This document shows positions 1 through 12,200 of a stretch of 64,000 nucleotides of DNA, piece by piece. The notes beneath the pieces were generated by a model. It was not told the origin of the DNA. It saw nothing but the letters and a program-made list of their open reading frames with translations, and made no database searches. Each line of letters opens with the position of its first letter. The first letter of the stretch is position 1. The translations under genes were made by a program, and so were the position numbers. The stretch is taken from positions 62,001 through 126,000 of the forward strand of contig JBEWZL010000011.1 in assembly GCA_045837725.1 (NCBI GenBank). The letters are read 5' to 3'. This DNA comes from Vermamoeba vermiformis. Its lineage: Eukaryota.

Positions 1-2
1 AT

Positions 3-759
3 ATGACAGAAGCTCAGCTTGTGAGTAATCATTTGATTGCAAATATGACCAACACTTTGATAGCTAGAGAGATTGAGAGAAGAGCAAAGAAACTCTGAGA
101 CAAGTACTCTAACACGACAAACTTCTTTGCTCTATGTACAAATCCTTGCTATGGAAAGAATTGCAAGGGCAGAAAATCCCATTGCTGTAAGCGATTGATT
201 GTCATAAGCTAAACTTATTTTGTTATTTAGCAAGTTATTGTCTCCTCAAAATACTCTTCTCCTGCCCTTGGTGATGACAGCTATTCAAGACACAGGCTTG
301 CAATGACAATGGAGCCTTATGACCAAAGCCCTGCTGAGTTGTTAAAGCGCTTTGAGCATGAAATGAAAAAAACCTATGGTGCCAAGATTAGTTACCTTTT
401 TACAAAACACAAAACAGCACTTTGTCGTCTTGCTAGCAGACCAAGTTACTTGTGGTCATTTTTTGAAAAGGTTAGTAATCAGTTTTTTTCTTGTTCTTAC
501 CAATTCAACAGATGCCATCACCACAATTAAAAGACTTTAAGCAGTATGTGGATAAATGGGTGTATGAAGTTGAAAAAGCAGCTTGTCTCCAAGCTAAACA
601 GTAGGTTGATAAAGCAAGAAAACTTGGAGAGATAGATGAAGTCCAATAGCTGGTATGTTCAATCCCTCTCACAATATAAGCTAAAAATACCAGGATTTAG
701 CCAAAGTAATGGTTCAAGTTGCCTTTGGAATTTCAAGCAATACTCAATTGAAAGAATAA
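3..759 (+). pseudogene. Intron-containing gene fragment with in-frame stops, CpG-depleted; product unknown
   Basis: Five GT-AG-bounded exons splice into one frame (MTEAQL|LERLREEQ...|QVIVSS...FFEK|MPSPQL...|DLAKV...LKE*). The exon starting at 512 has in-frame TAG codons at 602 and 647. I count only 4 CpG in 1-880. The gene may begin upstream of the window. Confidence 0.5.
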
Positions 760-869
760 GTAGTGTTGCAGCAACAATTTGTAACCAACTTGTTATTAAA
801 CAGAGTTTTTAGTACTTAATCTACCCAAATCTGCAAGATAATAGTGCTAGATGAATAATATGATTACAA

Positions 870-2172
870 TTATACTTTGTACACGACTTGACCGTGAAGT
901 AACGGCGCTTGTTCCGAAGTTTGAATGATCTGAATAACAAAATCGAAAGTTAATCACTGAAATGCCGTATTTAAATTAATACTTAATTCAAAATAAGTAT
1001 TTTAAGGGTTTCGTTATATTGCTTTGTTTTAAGACGCTCTAACTAAAATTCAGCAGATTTGGCTTTTTCGGATCCGAATTTGTACACTAGCAATTTGTGC
1101 AGCGATTTAAAATATGTTATATATTTACGTACTCTGTATTCTCTTGTGCGAGGACCATCATTCGCAGCCACACCAGCAGCAACGCAAACACCGCAGCAAC
1201 AAACCAATATCAAAATGATCGGCAGAGCCACGCAAACCAAAACGAGAATAATAACGACGACTACGAATACTGCAATAGTCATACCCAAAATTTTAGTTCC
1301 GTCTTCGGCTGCTTGCGCTATTGAAAAAGGTCAGATCCAAATCCGGATTTGAAAATGTACTTACAAAAGCTGCAATCATTGCCAGACCATCTATAAATAG
1401 TGTCATCGCATGTACAAGTCAATGAGGTAATATTGCAACCGCCTTGGCCGGAGCACAAAGAAGGACAAAATGCTAAATTAAAAACGTGGGTATTAGCAAT
1501 GCAAACCTTCTACTTACGTATATAGCATATAGAATACATATCACAGTGTAAAATATAACGTACTTGCACAGCTTCCAGGGCAATATTGGATCGCGTAAGT
1601 GTAATTTACGTTGTCAGCGTAGATTCCGATGTAGTAATCGCCTTTTGCTTCGTAACGACCAATAGTATAGGTAGTACGATATCCAAAGCCCGATTTGACG
1701 GTAAAGTCGGAGCTATTGTATGCCACGAAGAACTGGATTCAAAGATATTACCGTTAATAAAAATTAGTGATAAAAATGTATGAAGATATTTGACGTGCTA
1801 AATAAGCACACTTAATTAAAGTAATTATTATAGCGTAGTATAAATTAGTATCAATCCCGGGATGAGTTCTAATTTTCGGGCGATTGTTGCAAATCCGGAA
1901 CTTTCAATCAACTCTTCAATGCAGTCATATTTAATTATTATAATTACCTTGGCCGCATAATCACTATCCACGGGGGTCATACGAATTAATTGGATTTGAT
2001 ACGAAGTGCTGCTAGTAGAATTTAGATGGATCTTGTAGGTGGTCATGTTAACGCCATTATTCGACTCCACACTGCCAAATTCAAGTGTATTAGGTGGCAG
2101 TAATTTTTGTCCTGCTGAAAGCGCGACTAAAATAAATAATGAAAGTGCGCTAACTACAGATCGGATGGCCAT
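870..2172 (-). CDS. Type I membrane protein: signal peptide, EGF-like domain, TM helix, Cys-rich juxtamembrane tail
   Basis: Signal peptide MAIRSVVSALSLFILVALSAG; exon ~1365-1472 encodes CPSLCSGQGGCNITSLTCTCDDTIYRWSGNDC (EGF-like); long hydrophobic stretch followed by CCCGVC; last exon ends ...VVYKV* at 870. Confidence 0.7.
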
Positions 2173-2515
2173 GGTTAGATTTGGCTTTTGTTGGCGTACA
2201 GTTAAAGCCTAATATGACCTATGGTATTCAGTTTTTGTATGTTAAAAATATTCGTGTTTCTACACTAAACAGGGTTTCATTTTTTCGGGCTTTAGAAACT
2301 GTTCGAAAAAACAGGCTGTGAATCCGATCGTAAACTGCGCAAGTGGGGAGCCAAACAGTTGGTATTAAACAATATTATAGTGGCAGCTGAGAAAGCGCAG
2401 AATATTCGGAAATTTCAGTTCCCGCTCTTTTTTAACATAAATAAGAATTATTTTTTGTCAGATTTGCAAGTTGAAAGTGTGCAGCACCACGACAGGTTTA
2501 TTATATAATTTTTAG

Positions 2516-5500
2516 ATGTCCGAACCAACAAATAATACCGATACAACCTCAAAAGAGGTAACGCATCCATAAATTTTGCTTCATCTAATACTTACGTGTC
2601 CTTTTGATCAGGATAACAAAACAAAGCCTAATTTTCGTCGAAAAAAATCAAATTTGAATAATGGTTGGCCTGACGTTCAAATATTCGACCTGGTATTGCC
2701 TCCCAAGCAAGTAGATCTGAGTCAATTTGAAGAGTATTTAACGAGTAAGTTGATAAATGTATTATCCTTATACGATGTATCATATGGTATTTCGGTCATA
2801 ATTACGAATTAATTAAACTTGATTATTTATTTATTAATTATTTTTCACTCCGCAGTCAAGTGCAATGACGGCGCTGAAATATTGATCCCAAAATTAGTAG
2901 CAACATCAACTTCATTATGGATGCGACGACTATTGTCAAGTAAGTCTTGGATAACCCCAGATGCCGACCCAAACTAAATTTTAAGTTTTGTTATTTTTGC
3001 TTGGTCTCAGCTTACAATCGGAAATTTAGGCGATTTTAAAGAAAAACAAACATTGTCCGTTGAATTTAAAGAATTCTCCGGCGTGATCTTGGAAGAAATC
3101 CTTCGTTTTTGTATTCAAGGTACGTAGCTCCAGATCCGCTCAATTTAATTCAAAACTAATCTTAGATCATTAGATTATATTGTTAACAAGCCGAATTACG
3201 ATGAAGACGTTGAGGGCAAAAAGCAACAGCCTCGTGTCGTATTTCAATTTTACATTCATCCTAGCGTCGTCATGGAAATGTTAATGGTACGAAAATATAT
3301 TACTAAATTAGGCAATAATTATAATTATAGTTACTAATGTAATTTTAAGGCCGCTGATTTCTTGCAAATTCCATCACTGCTCGAATTATCTTCGCTAATG
3401 TTAGCTCATTACATTGACTGTAAGTACCATTAAAAATATCATATAGTAAAGTAATACTAATCGTATTTATCTATATATAGATGTTCCATCGTTTGCTGGA
3501 ATTGCACCGGATCTAATTCTCGGAGTTTTCGCGCGTGTCAACCCGATCAAGTTGTGCGGTCTAGAAGACAGACCTGAATACAAAGCATTGAAATTAGGTA
3601 CGATATTATATAAGGCCGGGACCCTTAATATACATATCATATTAATATTGTTACTATTGTTATAGACACCGCGCCTATTTGGTACAAACATTGCATCAAA
3701 AAAGATTACAAAGCGTTAGGCCCTGTTTTTAGCTGGGACAGAAATCCGATACTGAAACAGTATTTGGACTCACTATACCCCGAAAAACAGACTAAGACCA
3801 CCCATATATATAACTACGATCAACATCATCAAGTCGTGGAAGATCTGCATTCAGTTGATTGGAAGAGAATGTACCTCGAGCGAGACCTTAATTTGCGATT
3901 GTTTTTCTTGGAATACTCCAATGAAAAGCACGCAAAGATTAATGGCGAAAATAACGCGAATAGTAATAATAATAACGTGATGACTTCGGATCCAAACCCG
4001 GATGTGGGACCTGAAGATGATGACGACGAAAAAGTTGATATTTTAGATCATTTAGATGATGTCGCGCCATATATAAGGTAAAGAATCGATATGAAAACCG
4101 TTCAGTGAAACTAACGAAATTTCATTTTTTTTGTAGTTACCTCAAAGTCACGATGTCAAACTTCAATCTCGCTCCGTTCATCGAACACTTGACTAAGCTG
4201 CAATTATCAAAGTTCCAGTTGACTAAAGAGCACGCGCAAGTCATTTCCAAGTTGAACAAAGTCACGGATCTACTTTTGACTGAAATGGTAAAAATATTCA
4301 TATTCTTATATTAAGTCCTAATATCGATTATATGTAGAATATTAGAGACACTACAAACGTTGCAACTATTTTGTCATCGTTAACGGTATGTAAATACGAG
4401 AAAAAGTATACCGAAGTATATACTAAGAAGTATTCATTTTTAGAACTTGAACGTCCTTGATTTGAGCGATAACGAGATCGATGATAACGGAATTGTTCCG
4501 CTTTGTCGAGTATTGGCAACAAATAACTCGTTATCGCGGTTAAGTATTGCGTACAATAAGCTTGGCGGACCATCGATGGGACTGCTGTTTGCATCACTTA
4601 AGAAGCACGTCAATATCGAGTTATTAGATATTTCGCATAATAATATCTTTGCAATGGGTAGGTCATATTATATATACCTTAGATACCGTATTCTGATTAT
4701 TCCTAATGCTTGTAACAGACGTCGAAGAGGACCGTTTCCGCGACTTGAAAAACAACATGACTTTGAAGCACTTAATTCTCGATGAAAATCCATTGGGTGT
4801 GGATGTAGTTCATAAGTACGTATTATTATATAATATTATATTACTAACGGTTCTTATATGTTCATGCACATTTTTCACGGTTACTTTTATTTTCGCAAGG
4901 CTAACTTTCATTTCCTTTTTAGGGCATTTTTCAACTTCAAACTTGCCCGTCATTCACCAACAGCGCTCAACGCACTGTTCGCCAACATTCCAAATCAGCT
5001 CTTGTCGCTGTCACTTCGCAGCACAGATCTGATCCCCGAGCACATGAACACGCTCGCTACTCATTGGACTACGAACACGTTGATGCAACTTGAATTCTTT
5101 TCGATATCGAATAATGAAGTGCGCGATGAAGGTGCTCAAGCATTGCGCGATGTTTTGCAAGTCAATCGCAGCATCAAAATGTAAGTCAGATCCAACGGAG
5201 AAAATTAGCTCTACTATTACTTTCTATCATTATATACTATCAAGTAGTTAGATGTATGACATATCTTACGGTATTTTTGTCACAGCTTGGATCTGACCAG
5301 ATGCGATCTGAAACAACAAGGCGCGGAAGCACTAGCAGTCTGTTTGCAATTGAACGATTGTTTAGAGCACTTGATACTAGACCGCAATAAGATACATAGC
5401 ACTGGTACTATTAAGCTAGTTGAGGCTATTAAGAAGAACCCTAACCGTGGCTTGAAATCATTGCACTTCAAATTGACCGAGACTAACAACGACGTGACAG

Positions 5501-5586
5501 TGCGATTAGAAGAAGAGTTGGAAGCGATAGGCATTATTGCTTATACTGATAGTACCCCTGATACCACTTGGCGATACAAGCGTTAG
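2516..5586 (+). CDS. Elongin C/Skp1-type POZ domain + Elongin A-like module + RNI-like leucine-rich repeats (putative cullin-RING substrate receptor)
   Basis: Spliced exons give SDFKEKQTLSVEFKEFSGVILEEILRF and FQFYIHPSVVMEMLMAADFLQI (POZ), then IPSLLELSSLMLAHYID...IWYKHC...DWKRMYL, then repeats such as LDLSDNEIDDNG, LSIAYNKLGGPS, FSISNNEVRDEGA, LILDRNKIHSTG. Confidence 0.8.
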
Positions 5587-5645
5587 AAAATTAATAGGTT
5601 ATTTTACATAAACGTGTATTTACAAGTGTTGGTATGATTCGTTTT

Positions 5646-7765
5646 TTAGACTTGCGGATCTGTTGCCGTAACTTTTTTGACATCTTCGTTTTCGGATGGT
5701 GTTGAATCATTCGAGTTTGATCGATAAGGCGTGCACCATAGTAATGTAATGTAGAGCCCACTGTATAATAGAAGAGCGTACGTTATTCCAATAAGGCTGG
5801 TAATAATGATTCCTGCGGCGTTACATCCGACTCCAAGCCCGACCGCTGCAATTGGATCTGCCAAACAGTTGTCAATCTCTGATAATTAAGACATCGTATA
5901 TAATGTATATCATTCAGTTCCTACTTACTCCATGACATTTTAAACGAGATGCTCTTGCAGATCGAGCCTATGAACATGAAAGAAAGGAACCAATGCTGGA
6001 ACGGAAATAAACTTCCTAATAGCAGTAAATATAATTCTGGGTCTAATCGCTGTATTGCGAATAGAACGCGTCGCAGGAAACCAATGGTTGACTCCATCCG
6101 GAAATTGTCAAATTCAGTTCGCTTTTATCGATAAGATGCTCTGTGGTTATGTTACCATACAAAAAAATAGACCAATTCAATTGATTTGCTAACAAAAAAC
6201 GGTTGTGGTATGACCTACAAAATTGAGTGTGTACCACACAATCGTTAGAGGTCATACGGGAGATTTTGGCATCAGTTTTAGTAATTCGATTTGCAAACGA
6301 CAAAATTGGCTAGCAATTCGGTAAGAAATAGTTGTGACAACTCTACTTGAATTTTACACAAACAGCTTGATCAGATCGTCGTTGGTTACGTTTAATGCAG
6401 GGTCAAGCTCTTGTACGTAATAAATGGTACAGGTTATTTATCATTTCCTGACTAATTAAAAGGTAGATCCAAATTTACTAGCATTGTGAAAAATCGATGT
6501 CATTTAACATCGGAAATAGAAGACAGTATAATTACATCGTTACTATTTATAAGCACTCACTCAGTCTACTCGCAGTTTGTGCTGTTCTTTCGCCAACAAA
6601 TCACCGAACATTTCCGCAACCGTCAAATGACCCCATAAGAGCGCTGGACCTGTCATAATGCCAAGTGAAACCGATGACACTAATAAGAATTATATTAATA
6701 ATAAAATAAATATAACAATAACAAAATTTCTTGGAGTTCGATCAAACGAAAGAAATTATACGATTTAAATTTAATTTTTTGTACGGATGCACCAGGAAAA
6801 TTGTTATTTTTAATAGACTTACCAATCGTACAAAGAGCAAGTGCAGCAAGTGCACTAATCGTAGCCTTCTTATAATTCGATCGAGCCATAGGACCAAGGG
6901 ATTGCCAGATCCTTCGAACAGTTGTCGTATTAAATATGCTGGTCCATTTGTTCTTATGATCTTGATTCACTAATGCATATGCAGCTATTAATGGCGCAAA
7001 AAATAGCACTAAAAATGCGGCCAAAAATGGTGGAGCAGCGAGGACCATAAATGTCAAGAAGTTTGAGTTTTGGAATAAAGCTGCTGGGATAGATATAAAT
7101 ATAACAAATAGCGCTGGTGCGATGAGAATCCATATGCCATCTTTTAGTAGTGTTGATACTCGTTCGCTTTTGTAAGCGGGCAAGATGTGCATGTTGATAG
7201 CGGATGGACTTAAAATTTTGTCTCTATAAGCATTAATAGCAAAGCCTAAGTAAAAATGATGTTATTTATGAGGTTTGTATTATATTAAAGAATTTGCATA
7301 TCAAATTAAGGTAGATCTAGCGGAGGTCGGATTCGGATGCATCTGTTTTTCATTTATGTGACTTACCGTTCAATATAAGATAGGCTGCAATATCTACAAA
7401 CGGAATAAACATAGTGAGTGATAGGGCCATGCTCCAAGACCAAAATCTCTTAAGCGGAAATTTTGTTGGTGTGACTCCGATCCCTAAGTTCATTAGATTA
7501 GACTTGAATAATTTTTAAAAATTATTTAAAAATATATTTGCTTACGTATGAATGGTACTCTTCCCCAAGTGTTGAACAGATTTCTGACACTGTATGGATT
7601 TGTTTTTTTGTATTCCGTGTACGAGCCGATATACCGTTGCTGGATTGTATTAACACTTGATTTCTTCGCCAAAATTAACGAAAATATTGGCTTATTAATT
7701 GCTATCTTTTTAGCGGCTACTCGAACCGCACCAAGGCGCAGGCCAGAAGAAAATATTTTCAACAT
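5646..7765 (-). CDS. Multi-pass membrane protein of unknown function with a mitochondrial-type N-terminal presequence
   Basis: First exon MLKIFSSGLRLGAVRVAAKK is basic and lacks acidic residues. Hydrophobic exons lie at ~7370-7480, 6830-7190 and 5646-6130, with GT-AG junctions. Not every junction was resolved. Confidence 0.5.
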
Positions 7766-9250
7766 CTGTTGTTAATGAATGAAATTGTTAGATCTCTAGT
7801 GCAAAAATATGAGCATATTTATGCTGTAATTATTCTTATAATTTTAAGATGACGTGTAAAGTTTTATCGAAAGGATTCAGTGAGCTCAATGCGTGAACTC
7901 CCTGGCAACGTCACCTTCGATGATTACCTTATGATTTTAACGTAAACAGCAGTAGTGTTTATGCTTCTTGCATTTGAATTGATTCGGTAATTGTTTGTTC
8001 GTAAGAAGAAAAAGGCACGCAAAATCGATCTTCGAAGATTGCACCATTATGATCGCTCAAGCTAGAATAGCCAGCATATTAGCTATCCAGGAAATATTAT
8101 TTATTAATGAATACGAGCTCAATTTATGGTAGCTCAGCATTGATTTGGGGCTGTAAAACTAAATCAGCGTGTAGGAGAAGATCCGCCCTTACAAAAATTA
8201 TTCCCCGATAACTCACATTAGGTACGATATTATTAATGTGTTGCACGTTGTTGCAGCTTCATCCTAATTTTACAACAAAATTTTGATTTTTATGTCAAAG
8301 TACTTCGCAATCTTATGCAGCCATCATTACATTACTAATCACATATTAAGCAAAAAATTATTCCTAAATTAACTATCGTTTTTTTACTTGGTTTTGTAAC
8401 TGGATACATCCTCGCCAATTTTTTGATTCAATTTAGGTTGTACGAGATACGATTGCTGTTACTCGCGACAAAGCTCCCAAGACTCATGAATTAGTGCAAT
8501 AGAGTTGCATCCAGTTGCTGTGTGAAGATCCTCTGGGTACTAATAACGCCTAAAGGACGAAAGAGGCCCGTTGGTCCTAGTTATCCATTATGAAGACTAC
8601 TAAAAGGTGCATCGGTCATAAGGATGAAAAAGAACACATGGAATCGTTGGTGACATTAAAGGACTTTACAACGGTTGAGCCGGATTCAAGAAGAAACATG
8701 CCGTTCGTACGTGCCAAAGACCAATAATGCTTCGTACTAACGCGTCATGTTTAAGCCCAGGCCAGAATCAGCCGCTGGTCAAGAAAAACCTCCTAAATCC
8801 AGATCCCTTCGTACGAAATTTGGTGAGTGAGCCTTCGTTTGACTTTTGCGATTGCAAGTCTTGTAAGTACCTATAATTATAGTCATATAATGTCAAATCG
8901 CTAATATTATTTGGTGTCGCTTCATTAGTTATGCTCGGATCCCACATCCACCACAAAATAACGGGACCGTAAGTCAAAGAGACCTTAGCCCACCCCAAAA
9001 CTTTAGGCAGTCCAGTTAGCGACCCTAATTTCACGTGGCAAATGTGATTGTGAATTCTTGGTCTGGTTAATGATTGGCTGACACAAGGCGTTAAAAACTA
9101 AAGTCGCGTCAGTAATTTTATTATTTGGTCCTACAAACGTGATCAAGACAATAGGTACACTTCATTATAAATAGAGGGAAAATCAATTATTTGAAATTAA
9201 TTGTTTTTGGATCTCGAAACGGATTTGATACTGATCCTGACTTTTTAGGC

Positions 9251-12200
9251 ATGGAAGCACTTGAAGGATTGCTTAGCTCGCTTAAAAAGCGCGTCTATAA
9301 TAGCTTCGAAGAGGCCAATGCACAACTCGAAGAAGTCATCAAACTTCGAGATGCGGTCCTTGCCTTCGAAAAGGAAAGTCTGATGAAGATTGTTCCTGCT
9401 ACTTTTGCCAAGACTCAACAATTCGTCTCTTCCGCGAAGAACGATCTCAAGAAACTCGAAAGTGATGCCAGATCCTTTGTAACGAAAGCTCTGGATGGCT
9501 TATACGCGAACGTCAAAACTCCAATTTCCAACGCCACTGATATGCACTTCCATAACCGATACACCGAGGCTTCTCAAGCACTAGAAAAGGCTCACGCTGG
9601 TTTGATTGCTCTGGATGTGGCTCCGTACAACTTGTCCGACGCCGTCAAAACTTTCCTCAACGAATCTCGCGTGCAGATCGACACTCTCGAGAAGAAGATT
9701 GCCGAGTCTATGATGGGCAGAGTTGTTGATGATAAGATCAGAGAAGCCAAGACTCACGGCACCAATGCCAAAGATATGCACTTCCACAACCGGTATCAAA
9801 ACGCACTCGACGCTGTTGCCAAGGCTCGTGATATGATCGCTGAACTGTCTAGTCCTCCTTTCAACTCACTTCCTGACGTTGTGTCCTTCTTGCCTGCCTT
9901 CATCGCTCAAATCGATGATGTCGAGAAGAAATGTGGTGATTCCTTATACAGCCGCCTTGCTGATGACAAGATCCGCGAGGCCAAGACTCATGGCACCAAT
10001 GCCAAAGATATGCACTTCCACAACCAGTATCAGAAAGCACTCGACGCTGTTGCCAAGGCTCGTGATCTGATCGCTGAACTCTCCAGCCCTCCTTTCAACT
10101 CCGTCCCTGAAGTCATTGCCTTCTTGCCCACCTTCATTGCTCAGATCGATGATGTCGAGAAGAAATGTGGTGATTCTATGTTTGGTCGCCTTGCTGATGA
10201 CAAGATCCGCGAGGCCAAGACCCATGGCACCAATGCCAAGGACATGCACTTCCACAACCGGTATCAAAACGCACTCGACGCTGTTGCCAAGGCTCGTGAA
10301 ATGATCGCTGAACTGTCTAGTCCTCCTTTCAACTCACTCCCTGACGTTGTGTCCTTCTTGCCTGCCTTCATCGCTCAAATCGATGACATTGAGAAGAAAT
10401 GTGGTGATTCCTTGTACAGCCGCCTTGTTGATGACAAGATCCGCGAGGCTAAGACTCACGGCACCAACGCCAAAGACATGCACTTCCACAACCAATATCA
10501 AAACGCACTCGACGCTGTTGCCAAGGCTCGCGAGAGCATTGCCCAACTGAAAGAGGCTCCTTTTTGCAACTTGGAGGCTACTCAAGAGTTCTTGCCAGCC
10601 TTTGAAAAGCAGATCGACGAGATTGAAACAAAGTGCGGCGAAGTTATGTTCTCTCGCCTTGCTGACGACAAGATCCGCGAAATCAAGTCTCTTGGCACCA
10701 AGGCCAAAGATATGCACTTCCATAACCGTTACAATGACTCCCTGGAAGCTATTGGCAAGGCCCGTGACCAAATGAGCGAGCTTACGCAAGCCCCTTACGT
10801 CAACTTGGACATCGTCAAGACCTTCCTCAACGAGTTCACCAAGCAAATTGATGACATTGAAGCGAAGTGTGGTGAAGATATGTTCTCTCGCCTTGCTGAC
10901 GACAAAGTTCGCGAAGCCAAGACTCACGGTACCAAGGCCAAGGACATGCTCTTTCACAATTGCTACCAAGATGCTATCGACGCCGTTGCCAAGGCCCGCG
11001 ACAGTATCTCTGAATTGCAACAAGCACCTTGGAGCAGTTTAGCAGTCGTTGCTACTTTCCTCCCTGAATTCGCCAAGCAAATCGACGAGTACGAACGCCA
11101 GTGCGGTGAAGCTCTCTTCAGCAAAGTTGTTGACGAGAAGATCCACGAAGCCAAGACACTAGGAACTAAGGCCAAGGACATGCACTTCCACAACCAGTAT
11201 CAGAACGCACTCGACGCTGTTGCCAAGGCCCGCGACATCATTGCTGAACTCAAGGAGGCTCCCTATGGCACCTTGAAGGCCACTCAAGCATTCTTGCCCG
11301 AGTTCATCAAGCAAATCGACGAGTACGAACGCCTTTGTGGTGAATCTCTCTTCAGCAAAGTTGTCGACGAGAAGATCCGCGAGGCCAAGACCCATGGCAC
11401 CAATGCCAAGGACATGCACTTCCACAACCAGTATCAGAACGCACTCGACGCTGTTGCCAAGGCTCGTGATCTGATCAACGAGTTGAAGGAGGCTCCTTTT
11501 GCCAGCTTGAAGGCTACTCAAGAGTTCTTGCCCGAGTTCGAGAAGCAAATCGATCAATACGAACGTCAATGCGGTGAAGCCATGTTTGGTCGTGTTGCTG
11601 AAGACAAGATTCGTGCTGCCAAGACACTTGTCACCGATGCTGAGAATAAGCACCTCCATTCCATACACCAAGAGGCTCTTGATACTGTTGCCAAGGCTCG
11701 CGACGCTATTTCCGAGCTTGAACAACCTCCTTACGGTACTCTGGAGGTTACTCTGGCTTTCTTGAAGACCGCCAAACCAGCACTTGACGCACTCGAAGGC
11801 AAGATTGGTGCAAGTTTGTTCGGCCGATTTGTTGAAGACAAGATCCGCGACGCCCAGACCCTCATGACCACAGCCAAGGACTTGCATTTCCACAGCCGCA
11901 ACGGTGAGGCTTTGACCGCCATTGCCAAGACCCGCGAGGCCATTGCTGAGCTTGACACGACTCCGTATAACAACATCCCTGCCGCTGTTGCCTTCTTGAA
12001 GGAGACCAACCCTGATTTGGACGCCTTGGAAGCGAAAGTTGGTGAAGCCATGTTCGGCAGAGTCGTCTTCGACAAGATCAACGCTGGCAAGACTCACGTC
12101 AACAACGCGAAGAGCTTGGCCGAGCACTCGTGCCACCAACAAGCTTTGGACGCGTTGACTAAGGCCTATGAAAGCCTGGATGAGCTCGAGAACCCGCCTT

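Noticed and set aside
602-649. TAG reassigned to Gln (alternative genetic code)
   Set aside because: TAG is the terminal stop of intact genes here (NRPS copy 1 at 22086, where copy 2 uses TAA; also 5586 and 50980), so these are nonsense codons.
8768-9034. 88-aa minus-strand ORF in the 7.8-9.2 kb spacer
   Set aside because: Non-ATG start, no recognisable motif and no convincing exon partners.
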